In this document: piece after piece, positions 52,986 through 63,647 of the stretch
Position numbering within the stretch: the stretch's first letter is position 1
How the letters are laid out: each line of letters starts with the position of its first letter
NCBI RefSeq assembly: GCF_006345805.1
Contig: NC_042997.1
Span: forward strand, 69,254,001-69,318,000
Source: Octopus sinensis
Lineage: Eukaryota
Direction: 5' to 3'
DNA: 64,000 nt
Made by a program: the position numbers and the translations under genes
Notes under the pieces: model-generated
The model's input: the letters and a program-made list of their open reading frames with translations, nothing else
Databases searched by the model: none
What the model was told of the DNA's origin: nothing

Positions 52986-53319
52986 AAAGGGCTTAGTAAA
53001 ATAAATTACTTTGCCGCATACTGAACTCATTAGAAATAGCAGCTAAAAAAACTTTTTTAAAACTATTTCTAATACTTAAAGAAAACCTCTCTCATATAGT
53101 GTTTGCTCAATTCAACTCACGAAAGTATGGGGGTAGAGACATTAAAAAATCAAATGCAAAGGTTATTTGAGAACATACGTTTCAAGATTAGTCAAACTCG
53201 ACATTTCTATCATCAGCTCAGAACTCCCTGGTTTGGATTTGAAAACACTGAAAGTGGGAGCATACCTATTTCTAATGAGTTCAGTATGCGGCAAAGTAAT
53301 TTATTTTACTAAGCCCTTT
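52986..53319. mobile_element. 334-bp MITE with perfect 54-bp TIRs and TA TSD
   Basis: AAAGGGCTTAGTAAAATAAATTACTTTGCCGCATACTGAACTCATTAGAAATAG (52986-53039) is exactly inverted at 53266-53319. Confidence 0.9.
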
Positions 53320-53811
53320 TATATAATGTAATAATTTGAATTCGCCTTAAATGGTCCCTTTGCATACTGAATACTTGGGGAAATTGATTAATTAATTAAT
53401 TTTACCCTCAATTGTTGAAATTATATATATATATAATATATAGGTACACACACACGCGCGCATAAGCATATACACATACGTACATATAATATATATGTAT
53501 GAATATATACACAAACACATACACACACACGCACACACACACACACATGTATCGTTTTGCATTTTGTTTGCAATATTCTTGATGTGAATTCGTTAGTTGA
53601 GAAACTTTTTCTCTTGTCTTGGGAGGGGTCATTACGTCAATAGTAATAACACTGTTTCAATACCACTTTTTATTGTTAGTCAGTTGGTTAAATATCTAAG
53701 CAACTAACTAATAGATCGTTTGTTTAATGTGCTGGTAAAACAATGAACCTGGTTGTTTGATTGTGAAATTCCTTTCGTCGCTCTTCGTAACCTTTTCAAT
53801 TTCTTACCTCT

Positions 53812-53891
53812 CCTTCCAATGTCTGTTCCGATTCTGTCCGTGAACTGGTCTTGGACAATTCTCGCACAGAATCGGAACAGTCTCTAAAAGG
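53812..53891 (-). ncRNA. Candidate pri-miRNA hairpin
   Basis: RNA CCUUUUAGAGA-CUGUUCCGAUUCUGUGCGAGAAUUG-UCCAAGAC-CAGUUCACGGACAGAAUCGGAACAG-ACAUUGGAAGG: 11-bp basal stem with G:U pairs, about 25-bp upper stem with two mismatches, 8-nt loop, apical UGU. Confidence 0.5.
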
Positions 53892-54789
53892 GTCGCCAAC
53901 AGCGAGCAAAGAACTTTAACTAACAAACAACCAGCATAGAGAACAAATAGCTAGATATTTAACCAACTGACAAACAATAAAGCAGTGATTCTGAACCATT
54001 GCGTATATTATTACTCGCGTAATGACCCTCTCAAGACACAACAATATATATGTCTGTGTCTGTGTGTCTGTTTTATACATACTTATATACTCATACACAA
54101 ACCCAGCTATTATAAAAGCAGTGGCCATAAAAAGAAAAATTATGCAAGAAAGAAGTTTTAACAAGTACTGTATTAGTTTAATGCTTAAAAGGAAAGGAAA
54201 GCGTATTAATGTTTCGTACGTATGCCCTTCAGAAGAAAATATAGAAGCTAATTAAAGGAGAAGGATGTCAAAGAAAAACGACTTGAAGAAAAACAGGCGA
54301 GGAGTTTAGGGAACAGTTGGGAGTGTGTTTCTATGGAAAAGTTCAGAGTTGGGGGAAGCGCGGTGTGTGTGTATACAAACTTTTTCATGTAGTGAGAGTT
54401 CATAATGGGCACGTATATGGACGTGGTATTTTGGGGAAATGTGTATGTGCTTAGAGGTGCGCAAGTGAAGGAGTGTAGTAGAGTAGCCTGTAGGGTAATT
54501 ATTTTGTATGTGCAATCATATTGTGAGAAAAGCGTGCGAGTGAGGAGGTGGCCACAAGCAAAGAGGAAAAGTATGTAGAAAAAGAGGTAGAATTGTGTAA
54601 ATGCATTGATGCGTGGACATGTCGGAAAGTAAAGCGTAAAACATTTAAGCGGAAAAAATACCAACACCAACAAAAACAGCAATAACAACAACAGCAACAA
54701 CAAGAACACCGAAACAGTGGACAAGCGATATGAGATTCGAATTGCGAAAAATTATTGTGAAAAATTATTATTTACTACTAAACGATGAA

Positions 54790-55185
54790 GAACATAGCGT
54801 CATCTGCGCTGGTTCGGTTATGTGCATCGCATGCAGGAAGGGGGATCCAAAAGACCTCCAATATGAGGAATTGGCCAAGAGAGATATGAAGTCGCTTGAT
54901 CTGCACGTCCTGAGATGAGAGGAGGTCGCAAATGATCGCCCATGCCGGAGACAAATACTGCGAAAGGCAATGAAGCGAGCGGAAGAAAAACAGCAACTCA
55001 CCACCAGATGAAGGTAAAAACCAGTAGCGTTGGCAGAATGCTCCTTCAAATGCAGTCGCTGGATGCATAACTACCACTCCCATGTGGGCCTCTGCATTTA
55101 CAGCAGACGATGCACCACCATCAGCAGCTGACACGATTTCTTCAGACGCAGATCCATGACTTCTCAAGACCAACGAATAACTACT
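54790..55185 (+). mobile_element. RTE-clade LINE 3' fragment
   Basis: PKDLQYEEL..KRDMKSL..(W)EEVANDRPCRRQIL..FKCSR..HSHVGL..SRRC. Confidence 0.7.
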
Positions 55186-55405
55186 AAGATATATATATAT
55201 ACATACATACATACATACATACATACATACATACATACATACATACACAGCACCTATAGCTTTAGTTCATTTAGATTGTTAGAGTTTTCAGGTTAATCGG
55301 TGAAAAATAAAATACTAGTATTGGTACAAGAAACTTATCTCTTGTTACGTATTTATGCATATTTATTTTCAATCTTGAGCAACAATTACCATTTTCTCAT
55401 TGCAG

Positions 55406-56188
55406 ATGCAAAGAAATCCTGCTTGGAGGAAAGGCATACACAAAAGACAAGCTTTACAGAGGGTATATAGATCAAATATTAATATGGAACTTTGCCATAA
55501 AACACAGAGATGTGGCAAGAAATCTATACGACTTGACTATACACTTACAGAAAGACAAAGGACTTGTGTTTAAAGAGGATTTCAGCCAACTTCAGAAATG
55601 GAAAACCATTTTGAAAAGACAACCATCTCTCGTTTTCTCTGATATAGAAGAACAACGTTACTCAATTCAACTCGTGGCGCCACCGTGTGGAAAAACAGTT
55701 TGTGACAATCCGGATATAATTCGTAGTTACACTCGTCACAGTGAATTACGCCAGGAAAAAAAAATTCGATATCGAATTGTTAATGTAATGGATGATGATG
55801 ATGATCGTAGTCCTAAGGTGACTAATAACCAGGTGGTAAGACAACATCGAGCCTTAATAGCTGCATTCAAACCTTACAATATAAGTTGGGAGTTAGAAGA
55901 AGTTAAAATAAGGAATGCGAGTTTAAAACATAAGACTGTACTACTAGATTGTCTTCCTAATGAAATAGGAGACAAACACTGTAATCTAGAATGCCAACAT
56001 ACTCAAACCGGAAATGATGGAGGTGATTGTGATATCGATGAAATACCATGTGATGCTGTTAATCTTGGAAACGGGAGATGTGACTTTGAATGCAACCGAG
56101 CTTATCATAATTGGGATCACGGTGACTGCTGTAAGAGTCCGTTTAAATCCCCAAACAGCACTTGTCTAGATCCCAATTCCCCTTACAG
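55406..56188 (+). CDS. PAPPA: Pappalysin (PAPP-A-like) internal exon: end of LamG, start of proteolytic domain, LNR1 and LNR2
   Basis: ttgcag|A acceptor in frame with the previous exon (AG|A = Arg), and AG|gtaaga donor. CKEILLGG..YRGYIDQILIW; PPCGKTVCDN; YRIVNV; FKPYNISWEL; CHTQTGNDGGDC-type and CDFECNRAYHNWDHGDCC LNR motifs; TCLDPNSPYR. 783 bp, no stops. Confidence 0.95.
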
Positions 56189-56714
56189 GTAAGACCATAA
56201 TTTAATAATTTGTTACAAGCGGGACTATATGACAGGAACGGGATTACGACAGTACTTCATCTGGTATCACAACGGGCAAATCTCACTTTCATCTTTGATG
56301 AATTGACTATCGATTTTATAGAATTATGATCAATTACATAGTTCACTTGTGCAGAGATGTTAAAGTTAATAAACAGAAACGCATTGGTGTTGATTCAAAA
56401 TTAGTTGAGAGGCAGTTATATTCCTAATTTCAATTCCAAGATTCCCGCTATTTGTATTCAATTAGACCGATCTGAGCAATGAATTAATAACACACCATCC
56501 GCAACTCACGCATAGAAGATTAATGTTTAGTATCGAATATAGTATTGGGTTATAATTCTTCCTAGTTTATGAAAATTCTCCTGGATATGATGCCATTTTC
56601 CAGATATCCTGCTGATTCCCAGGCCGTCTGCTACGGAGTCTCGTAAGACTAAGAAGAGTTTTATTATTTTCTTTCTATTTTTTTTTTACTTTATACACCT
56701 TAATATAATACGTC

Positions 56715-56761
<47 letters not shown>

Positions 56762-56762
56762 C

Positions 56763-57297
56763 ATACATAAAAGCAAATAAATGGCACAACGAAGTACCGA
56801 TATTTACTGGAAAATAGTGAACGTAATAAATACGACGCTAATGTATAGCTTCACTGCGTATGTACTAGCAAAAATGCGTGTGTGCAACAAACATGAAAAA
56901 ATTGTCTTACCTCTAGGGAGAACATCTGAAAAATGAAATACCTAGAAAGGGATAATGTGGTACCGGTTTCAGATTCTTCAAAATATGTCTGCACACATAT
57001 ATTTGATTTATCTTCATCAGCCACATATACCTCGACAACCTTTCAGATGTTGCCACATCCATGCCAATACACTCGACTGAACGCCAAAACGTTGACAGAA
57101 CGAGAACAGTGAAGAAATTTCAATGAAAATAGTAATGCAATACTAGAGTATTGCTTTCCAGTAAAGGATAGCCCGTGAGGGAAAATTATACATAAAAGCA
57201 AATAAATGGCACAACGAAGTACCGATATTTACTGGAAAATAGCGAACGTAATAAATACGACGCTAATGTATAGCTTCACTGCGTATGTACTAGCAAA
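56763..57297. repeat. 110-bp direct repeats (1 mismatch) enclosing a 315-bp unique core
   Basis: 56763-56872 equals 57188-57297 (ATACATAAAAGCAAATAAATGGCACAACG...TATGTACTAGCAAA); (TA)n on both outer sides. Confidence 0.85.
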
Positions 57298-57340
57298 TAT
57301 ATATATATGCATACATATGCATATACATATACATACATAT

Positions 57341-57789
57341 TCTTTTATTCTTTTCTGTGTTTCGGTCATTTGACTGCAGCCATGCTGGAGCACCGCCTTT
57401 AGTCGAACAAATGGACCCCAGGACTTATTCTTTGTAAGCCTAGTACTTATGCTATCGGTCTGTTTTGCCGAACCGTTAAGTTACGGGGACGTAAACACAC
57501 CAGTATCAGTTGTAAAGCGATGGTGGTGGTCAAACGCAGGCACACAAACACATAGATACACACACACACACACAAACACACACACAAAACATACACACAC
57601 GCACACATACAAACACATAGAGGACAGACCGCTTTCTTTCAGTTTCCGTCTATCAAATCCACTCACAAGGCTTTGATCGGCCCGAGGCTATAGTAGAAGA
57701 TACTTGTCGAAGGTGCCACACAGTGGGACTGAACCCGGAACAATGTGGTTGGTAAGCAAACTACTTACCACACATCCACTCCTTCGCCT
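57341..57789 (-). mobile_element. SINE family A, near complete (left arm of inverted pair)
   Basis: Reverse complement of AGGCG..GGAGTGG.TGTGTGGTAAG..GTTCCGGGTTCAGTCCCACTG..GACTAAAGGCGGTGCTCCAGCATGG. Confidence 0.88.
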
Positions 57790-57808
57790 ATAAACGCAGC
57801 GTGGCAAT

Positions 57809-58135
57809 AGATGTAGCGTGGCTGTGTGGTAAGAAGCTTGCTTCCCAACCACATGGTGCCGGGTTCAGCCCCACTGCGTGGCACCTTGGGCCAGTGTCTT
57901 CTGCTATATCCCCAGACCGACCAAAGCCTTGTGAGTGGGTTTAGTAGACGGAAACTGGAAGCCCATCGTATATGTGTGTGTGCGTGCTCGCGCGCGTCTG
58001 TGTTTGTTACCCCCATCATTTGACAATCGTTGTACTTGTCTTACAAAGAATAAGTCCTGGGGTCGATTTATTCGACTAAAGGCAGTGCTCCAGCATGACT
58101 GCAATCAAATGACTTAGATAAGTAAAAGAATAAAA
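57809..58135 (+). mobile_element. SINE family A (right arm of inverted pair, internally deleted)
   Basis: GTGGCTGTGTGGTAAGAAGCTTGC..GGGTTCAGCCCCACTGCGTGGCACCTTGGG..AAGAATAAGTCCTGGGGTCGAT. Confidence 0.88.
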
Positions 58136-59000
58136 GCTGATGATGGAGGTATGTTGGATTGTTGGTATGTTACTGTATATGTGGAATAGTTTTATAATGC
58201 ATCCATTTGATATATATACACACATACATACATATATGTCTGTGTCTGTATATACATACACACACATACAACCACGCATATGTATATTTATAAATGTATG
58301 AATGTATGTATGTGTATGTGTGAGTGAGTCTGTGCGTGTGCGTGTGTTTATACTTACACATACACACACAGGCATACAGAGATTTATGCATGCATTCATA
58401 TATTTCTATTTATGACTATGTTTTATATTGTTATGCGGGAGATTTAAAATTGAAATACTTGAATATAATGCATATAAAACATACAAATATACTTTCTGAA
58501 TTTCAAATAGGTGCTAGAGCAAACATACATAGCACTATACAAACATACATAGTTTCAGGTTAACCACGTTCAACATATGAATAATAAGTTACTTCCCCGG
58601 GTTTGTGCAAGAAAATACGCTGCTATCTTATTTCCTATTATCTGTCTCCTTTTATATGTATATATTTCTTATTATATATGTGCTTGTGTATTCAAAGGCA
58701 CAGACATTTACTCAACCACAAGTGCCAACACTCGGATACACGCACATACATATTTATATAGTTCACTGATGAGATCCGAATATTCTCAGTATAGAATACG
58801 CTTAGTAGTGCTCAAGAGATTTAAACTTGAGCGGGAATAAAGGTAAATTTCATGTATATATTGATCTGTCTAATTCGCTTATTCCTCCTACATTTACTTC
58901 CATACATATTTGAATATACATACATCTATCAATAGATATAGATATAGATATAGATATAGATAAAGGCATAATTTTATATTCGGGTATATGTAGGCATACG

Positions 59001-59034
<34 letters not shown>

Positions 59035-59133
59035 TGTATGTATGTATGTATGTATGTATGTATGAATGCAATGGCCATACTCGATAACGAAGGGGCAGTC
59101 ACCATGTATGTATGTATAATAGAAAAAGTATAT

Positions 59134-59530
59134 AGGCGCAGGAGTGGCTGTGTAGTAAGTAGCTTGATTATGAACCACATGGTTCCGGGTTCTGTCCCAC
59201 TGCGTAGCACCTTTGATAAGTGTCTTCTACTATAGCCACGGACCAACCAAAGCCTTGTGAGTGGATTTGGTAGACGGAAACTGAAATATGCCCGTTGTGT
59301 ATATGTATATGTATATATGTATGTGTGTGTATATGTCGTGTTTGTGTTTGTCCCTCCAACATCGATTGACAACTGATGCTGGTGTGTTTACCTCACCGTA
59401 ACTTAGCGGTTTGGCAAAAGACCGATAGAATAAGTATTAGGCTTACAAAGAATAAGTCCTGGGGTCGATTTGCTCGACTAAAGGCGGTGCTCCAGCATGG
59501 CCGCATTCAAATGACTGAAACAAGTAAAAG
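59134..59530 (+). mobile_element. SINE family A, complete
   Basis: tRNA-like head, internal (TA/TG)n, tail GACTAAAGGCGGTGCTCCAGCATGGCCGCA..GAAACAAGTAAAAG. Confidence 0.9.
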
Positions 59531-59862
59531 TGTAAAAGAATAAGAGTATACACAAACACACACATACACATTGCTACATTTCAATAAACACAAGCACTAT
59601 AGAGTTGTTTTTCAGTCGTTTATTACTGTTCTAATTTTTAAAAAAATTAACTCATGTCCTTTTTCTGGATAATGGACATGAGTTAATATAAAAAAAATTA
59701 GAACAGTAATAAACGAATGAAGAACAAATAAATAGTGCGTGTGTTCATTTGGCAAAAAGAAAAAAAATGACCATCCCGAAATACAACATCTGTTTCAACA
59801 CACGATTTCACAGGAATCTTGCAGCTCAAATTGATAAACTGATACACACACACACACACACG

Positions 59863-59894
<32 letters not shown>

Positions 59895-60069
59895 CATACA
59901 TACATACATTCTTTTATTCTCATTTGTTTCAGTCATGTGCCCTATGTACGTATACACACATACACACACACACGCTCAGTCATATACATATACAAAATGT
60001 GACCGCGTGTGTACCGTTGGCGATTTTTTTCCCTCTGTCTTCCCCTCTCTGGATCTTTCCTTCTTCTAT

Positions 60070-60104
60070 GTTTCCGATGAAGAGCTCCGCTCGAAACGTT
60101 AAAC
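60070..60104 (+). ncRNA. Minimal type-I hammerhead ribozyme with a U4C core variant, inside a short interspersed repeat (about 59995-60205)
   Basis: RNA GUUU-CCGAUGA-A-GAGC(UCC)GCUC-GAAAC-GUU-AAAC: stems I and II are perfect, stem III is palindromic AACGUU, and one core base deviates from CUGAUGA. Confidence 0.6.
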
Positions 60105-61099
60105 CCTCCTTCTTTCCTTCTTTCCTGAGCGTCCAATAATACTATATTTGTTCCACGTCCTCGCGTTGTTGTGTTTTTTTGTGCTTTCTTGTTTGGATTA
60201 ACTTTATATATATACATATGTATATGCGTGTGTGTGTGAGTTGTTGTATGTGTCTGTGTGTGTATTTGTGTGTATGTATGTATATATGTATTGTTGTTGA
60301 ATGGTATATGTACTTATCTGTATGCATAAGCATGTCTTCGACTATATATTTCTATACTGAATCGTAAGACATGCACCAAGGTAATATATTTGCTCTTGTT
60401 TATGTTATATTATTTTTATTTGTGCTGTAACATATATCATTTTCCCTAAATAAGTGCATTGTGTAATATTTCCAAATACATGTATATAACGATTCGTTAA
60501 TTCTGAATTTCAAAATGTGACCTATGATTTGTATGATAACATCAGTTTATGAATACAGTCTTGTATTTGTGTCATATAAAAAAGTTTTATGTAGATACCT
60601 GACCTCCAAATTTAACTGCTGGTATAGTCGTATCTGGTGGTATGTACTGAGTACATATAATTCAAATCGTCAATATAATAATGTTAATGAATTCTAGTCT
60701 CGGCACAAGCACAGAATTTTGGGGGAAGGTTGCAGGCGATTATGTAAGGAATAGTGCTTGAAACTTGAGAGCTGTTTATATATTTTTGATCTCGAAAATT
60801 TCAGATATAAACCTGATTTCAAATTTCGTTACGAGTGCCTGACTGCAGAATTTGAAATCAGAATATAAAAATACGTAATGAAATACTTGGATGCCTATTG
60901 AAACCGATGTTACTACCCTAAAACAAGGTCTGGAATTTGAGTGTGAGGGATAAGTCGACTACATCGATCCATGTGTTCAGCTGAAGGTATAGAAGGCAAA
61001 ATCGTCCACAGCGAATTTGAACTCAGGTCCTAAACAGACGAAATGATGCCAATCATTTTGTTTGGCGTGCTTACAATTATGCCGTTTTACAACCTTAGC

Positions 61100-61355
61100 G
61101 ATGGCAGTAAATGCACTGATGCAGTAAACACCCTGATCCAGTAATAAATGCCCTGATACAGTACCAAGCAGTAGCGCTCATGGCTTCTGATCTTAACTGA
61201 TTGGAAGTGTTACCATGTACGTGTTTTGTCTTGGTATAAAAGATTGGCTGCACAAAAACTCTGCTCAGTACCACAGATTTGCTTGTCATTTGCTTCTCTA
61301 TGACCATCGGAACATGTCCCTTATTAGCTGAAAATATGTGCATTTCTGATCAGGG
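61100..61355 (+). mobile_element. Diverged copy of the 3' UTR or SINE-like segment found at about 43170-43380 (minus)
   Basis: GGCTTCTGATCTT.A.TGATTGGAA.TGTTA..ATGTAC.TGT.TTGTCTTGG.ATAAAAGA..GATATGTGCAT.TCTGATC is shared. Confidence 0.65.
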
Positions 61356-61455
61356 GCAGGGAACTTGAGCTTAGAACATAAAGTCTTACGAAACACCGCC
61401 AAGCATTTTGCCCCGCATACTAACGATGCTGCCAGCTAGCAGCCTTGGTGATAGC

Positions 61456-61551
<96 letters not shown>

Positions 61552-61715
61552 TATGACGATGAGGATCATCATCATAATTACCTACGCCACAAGAGCTGCA
61601 AGTGATACAGAAACTATAAACAAACATACGTGAAGCAGGAGTCAAAGAAGTGTGGTCTGGGACGGACTAATATCATAAGATGAGGGAAAGGTCGAAATAT
61701 GTTGCACAGGACTTG

Positions 61716-62286
61716 TTAAGGTTATCTCTACAGATATTCTATAGAAAGTATTGCCAGCATTGATTTCTGTTGGTGAAAAATTGGTAATTGGCGCATATGC
61801 CCTATTTGAGGTGTTTTTGCTCCTTTATCAGCACCCATCTGACCCCTTAATCATCCACGAACGCATTGCTTAAATAGTCACTAAATACAGCGATGTAACG
61901 TTATTGGATATACCAATTTTATACACTAAGTACATTCCTGAAAGCTGGTACGTAATTATAAATAACTTGTAGAAGCGCAGTATTTCGTTATGCAACTAAA
62001 ATATGCTACAAAGAATATTAAACATTTTTATAAGACAATACCGTCGTCTACTGTCTTAGCAGTGTGTCTGATATCACTTTCACTTACTAAGGTTATCTCT
62101 ACAGATATTCTATAGTAATTATAGCCAGTACTATAGGCGCTGGAGTGGCTGTGTGGTAAGTAGCTTGCTTACCAACCACGTGGTCTCATTGCGTGGCACC
62201 TTGGGCAAGTGTCTTCTACTATAGCCTCGGGTTGACCAAAGCCTTGTTAGTGGATTTGGTAGAAAGAAACTCAAAGAAGCCCGTCG

Positions 62287-62359
<73 letters not shown>

Positions 62360-62390
62360 TGTGTGTGTTGTGTGTGTGTGTGTGTGTGTG

Positions 62391-62422
<32 letters not shown>

Positions 62423-63205
62423 GTGTGTGTGTGTGTGCGTGTATTTGTTTCTGATTATCCCCTACCATCGCTTGATAACCGGTGTTGAAATGTTTATATC
62501 CCCGTAACATAGGGATTCGGCAAAAGAGACCGATAGAATACGTACTAGACTTGCAAAGAATAAATCCTGGCGTCAGTTTGCTCGACTAAAGGCGGTGCTC
62601 CAGCATGGCAGCAGTCAAATTACTGTAACAAGTAGATGAAAAAAAAGCTCTGATTTTTATTACGACGTTTCGTATCCGAGACGTCAGATGTAAAAAAACG
62701 ATGAGATCGAAGATGAAAAAATGGTAATGGGCGTAACGAAAATAAGTGATACAAGCGCACTGCTAATGCAGTAGAATACGATATTGACTCATAAAAAAAA
62801 CGTTTAATATACTTTACAGTTACGATTGCCTAACGAAATACTGCGTCCCTACAAGATACTGACGTTACACCGCTGTATTTAGTGACTATTTGTGCAATTT
62901 ATTCATAGATGATTAAAGGGTTAGATGGGTGCTGATGGAGAAGTAACAATTGCCGAAATATAGTATATGCGCCATTTACATTTTTTCTCTTTTTGCCTTT
63001 TCGATATCATTGTTTCTTTACATCTGACGTCTCGGATACGAACCGTTGTACCAAAAATCAGTGCTGGCAATAATTTCTATAGAATATCTATAGAGATAAC
63101 CTTAACAAGTGATGTAAAGCGCACTGCTAACACAGTAGAACGTTTAATATACTTTGTAATATAATATGGCTGCATAACGAAATACCGCGCTCCTACAAGT
63201 CATTA
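61716..63205. repeat. Foldback-like structure: inverted arms of tandem subrepeats around a SINE
   Basis: AAGGTTATCTCTACAGATATTCTATAG occurs at about 61718 and 62088 and inverted at about 63078. ATCAGCACCCATCT..CCCTTAATCATC (about 61828) mirrors about 62910-62938. GCAGTATTTCGTTATGCA mirrors about 62828 and 63170. Confidence 0.65.
62135..62640 (+). mobile_element. SINE family A with expanded internal (TA)n(TG)n
   Basis: Head AGGCGCTGGAGTGGCTGTGTGGTAAG; tail GACTAAAGGCGGTGCTCCAGCATGGCAGCAGTC. Confidence 0.88.
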
Positions 63206-63244
63206 ATGTTGCACAGTGTATTATGGGAAGAATATTTACAGAAT

Positions 63245-63647
63245 TCAAGGCGGCGAGCTGGCAGAAACGTTAGCACGTCGGGCGAAATGCTTAGCGGTCT
63301 GAGTCCAAATTCTCTTTACGGTCTGAGTCCAAATTCTGCCGAGGTCGACTTTGCCTTTCATCCTTTCGGGGTCGATTAAATAAGTACCAGTTACGCACTG
63401 GGATCAATATAATCGACTTAATCCGTTTGTCTGTTCTTCTTTGTCTCCTCTGTGTTTAGCCCTTTGTGGGTAGGAAAGAAATAGGTATTTCGTCTGTCGT
63501 TATGCTCTGAGTTCAAATTCTGCCGAGATCGACTTTGCCTTTCATCCTTTCGCGATCAATTAATTAAGTACCAGTTGCGCACAGGGGTCAATCTAATCGA
63601 GTGGCCCCTACCCCAAAAATATTTCAGGTCTTGTACCTAGAGTAGAA
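63245..63647 (+). mobile_element. Dimeric SINE family B flanked by a 17-bp direct repeat
   Basis: tRNA-like head GGCGGCGAGCTGGCAGAAACGTTAGCACG; two tandem core modules; AAGAATATTTACAGAAT at 63228-63244 and 63648-63664. Confidence 0.8.

Noticed and set aside
56991-57030. CUGAUGA-AGAUAAAUC-AAA on the minus strand
   Set aside because: G12 is absent and stem I does not pair.
62660-62695. Hammerhead-like CUGACG...GAAACGUC on the minus strand
   Set aside because: A9 is missing and no stem II can form; the sequence is part of the foldback repeat.
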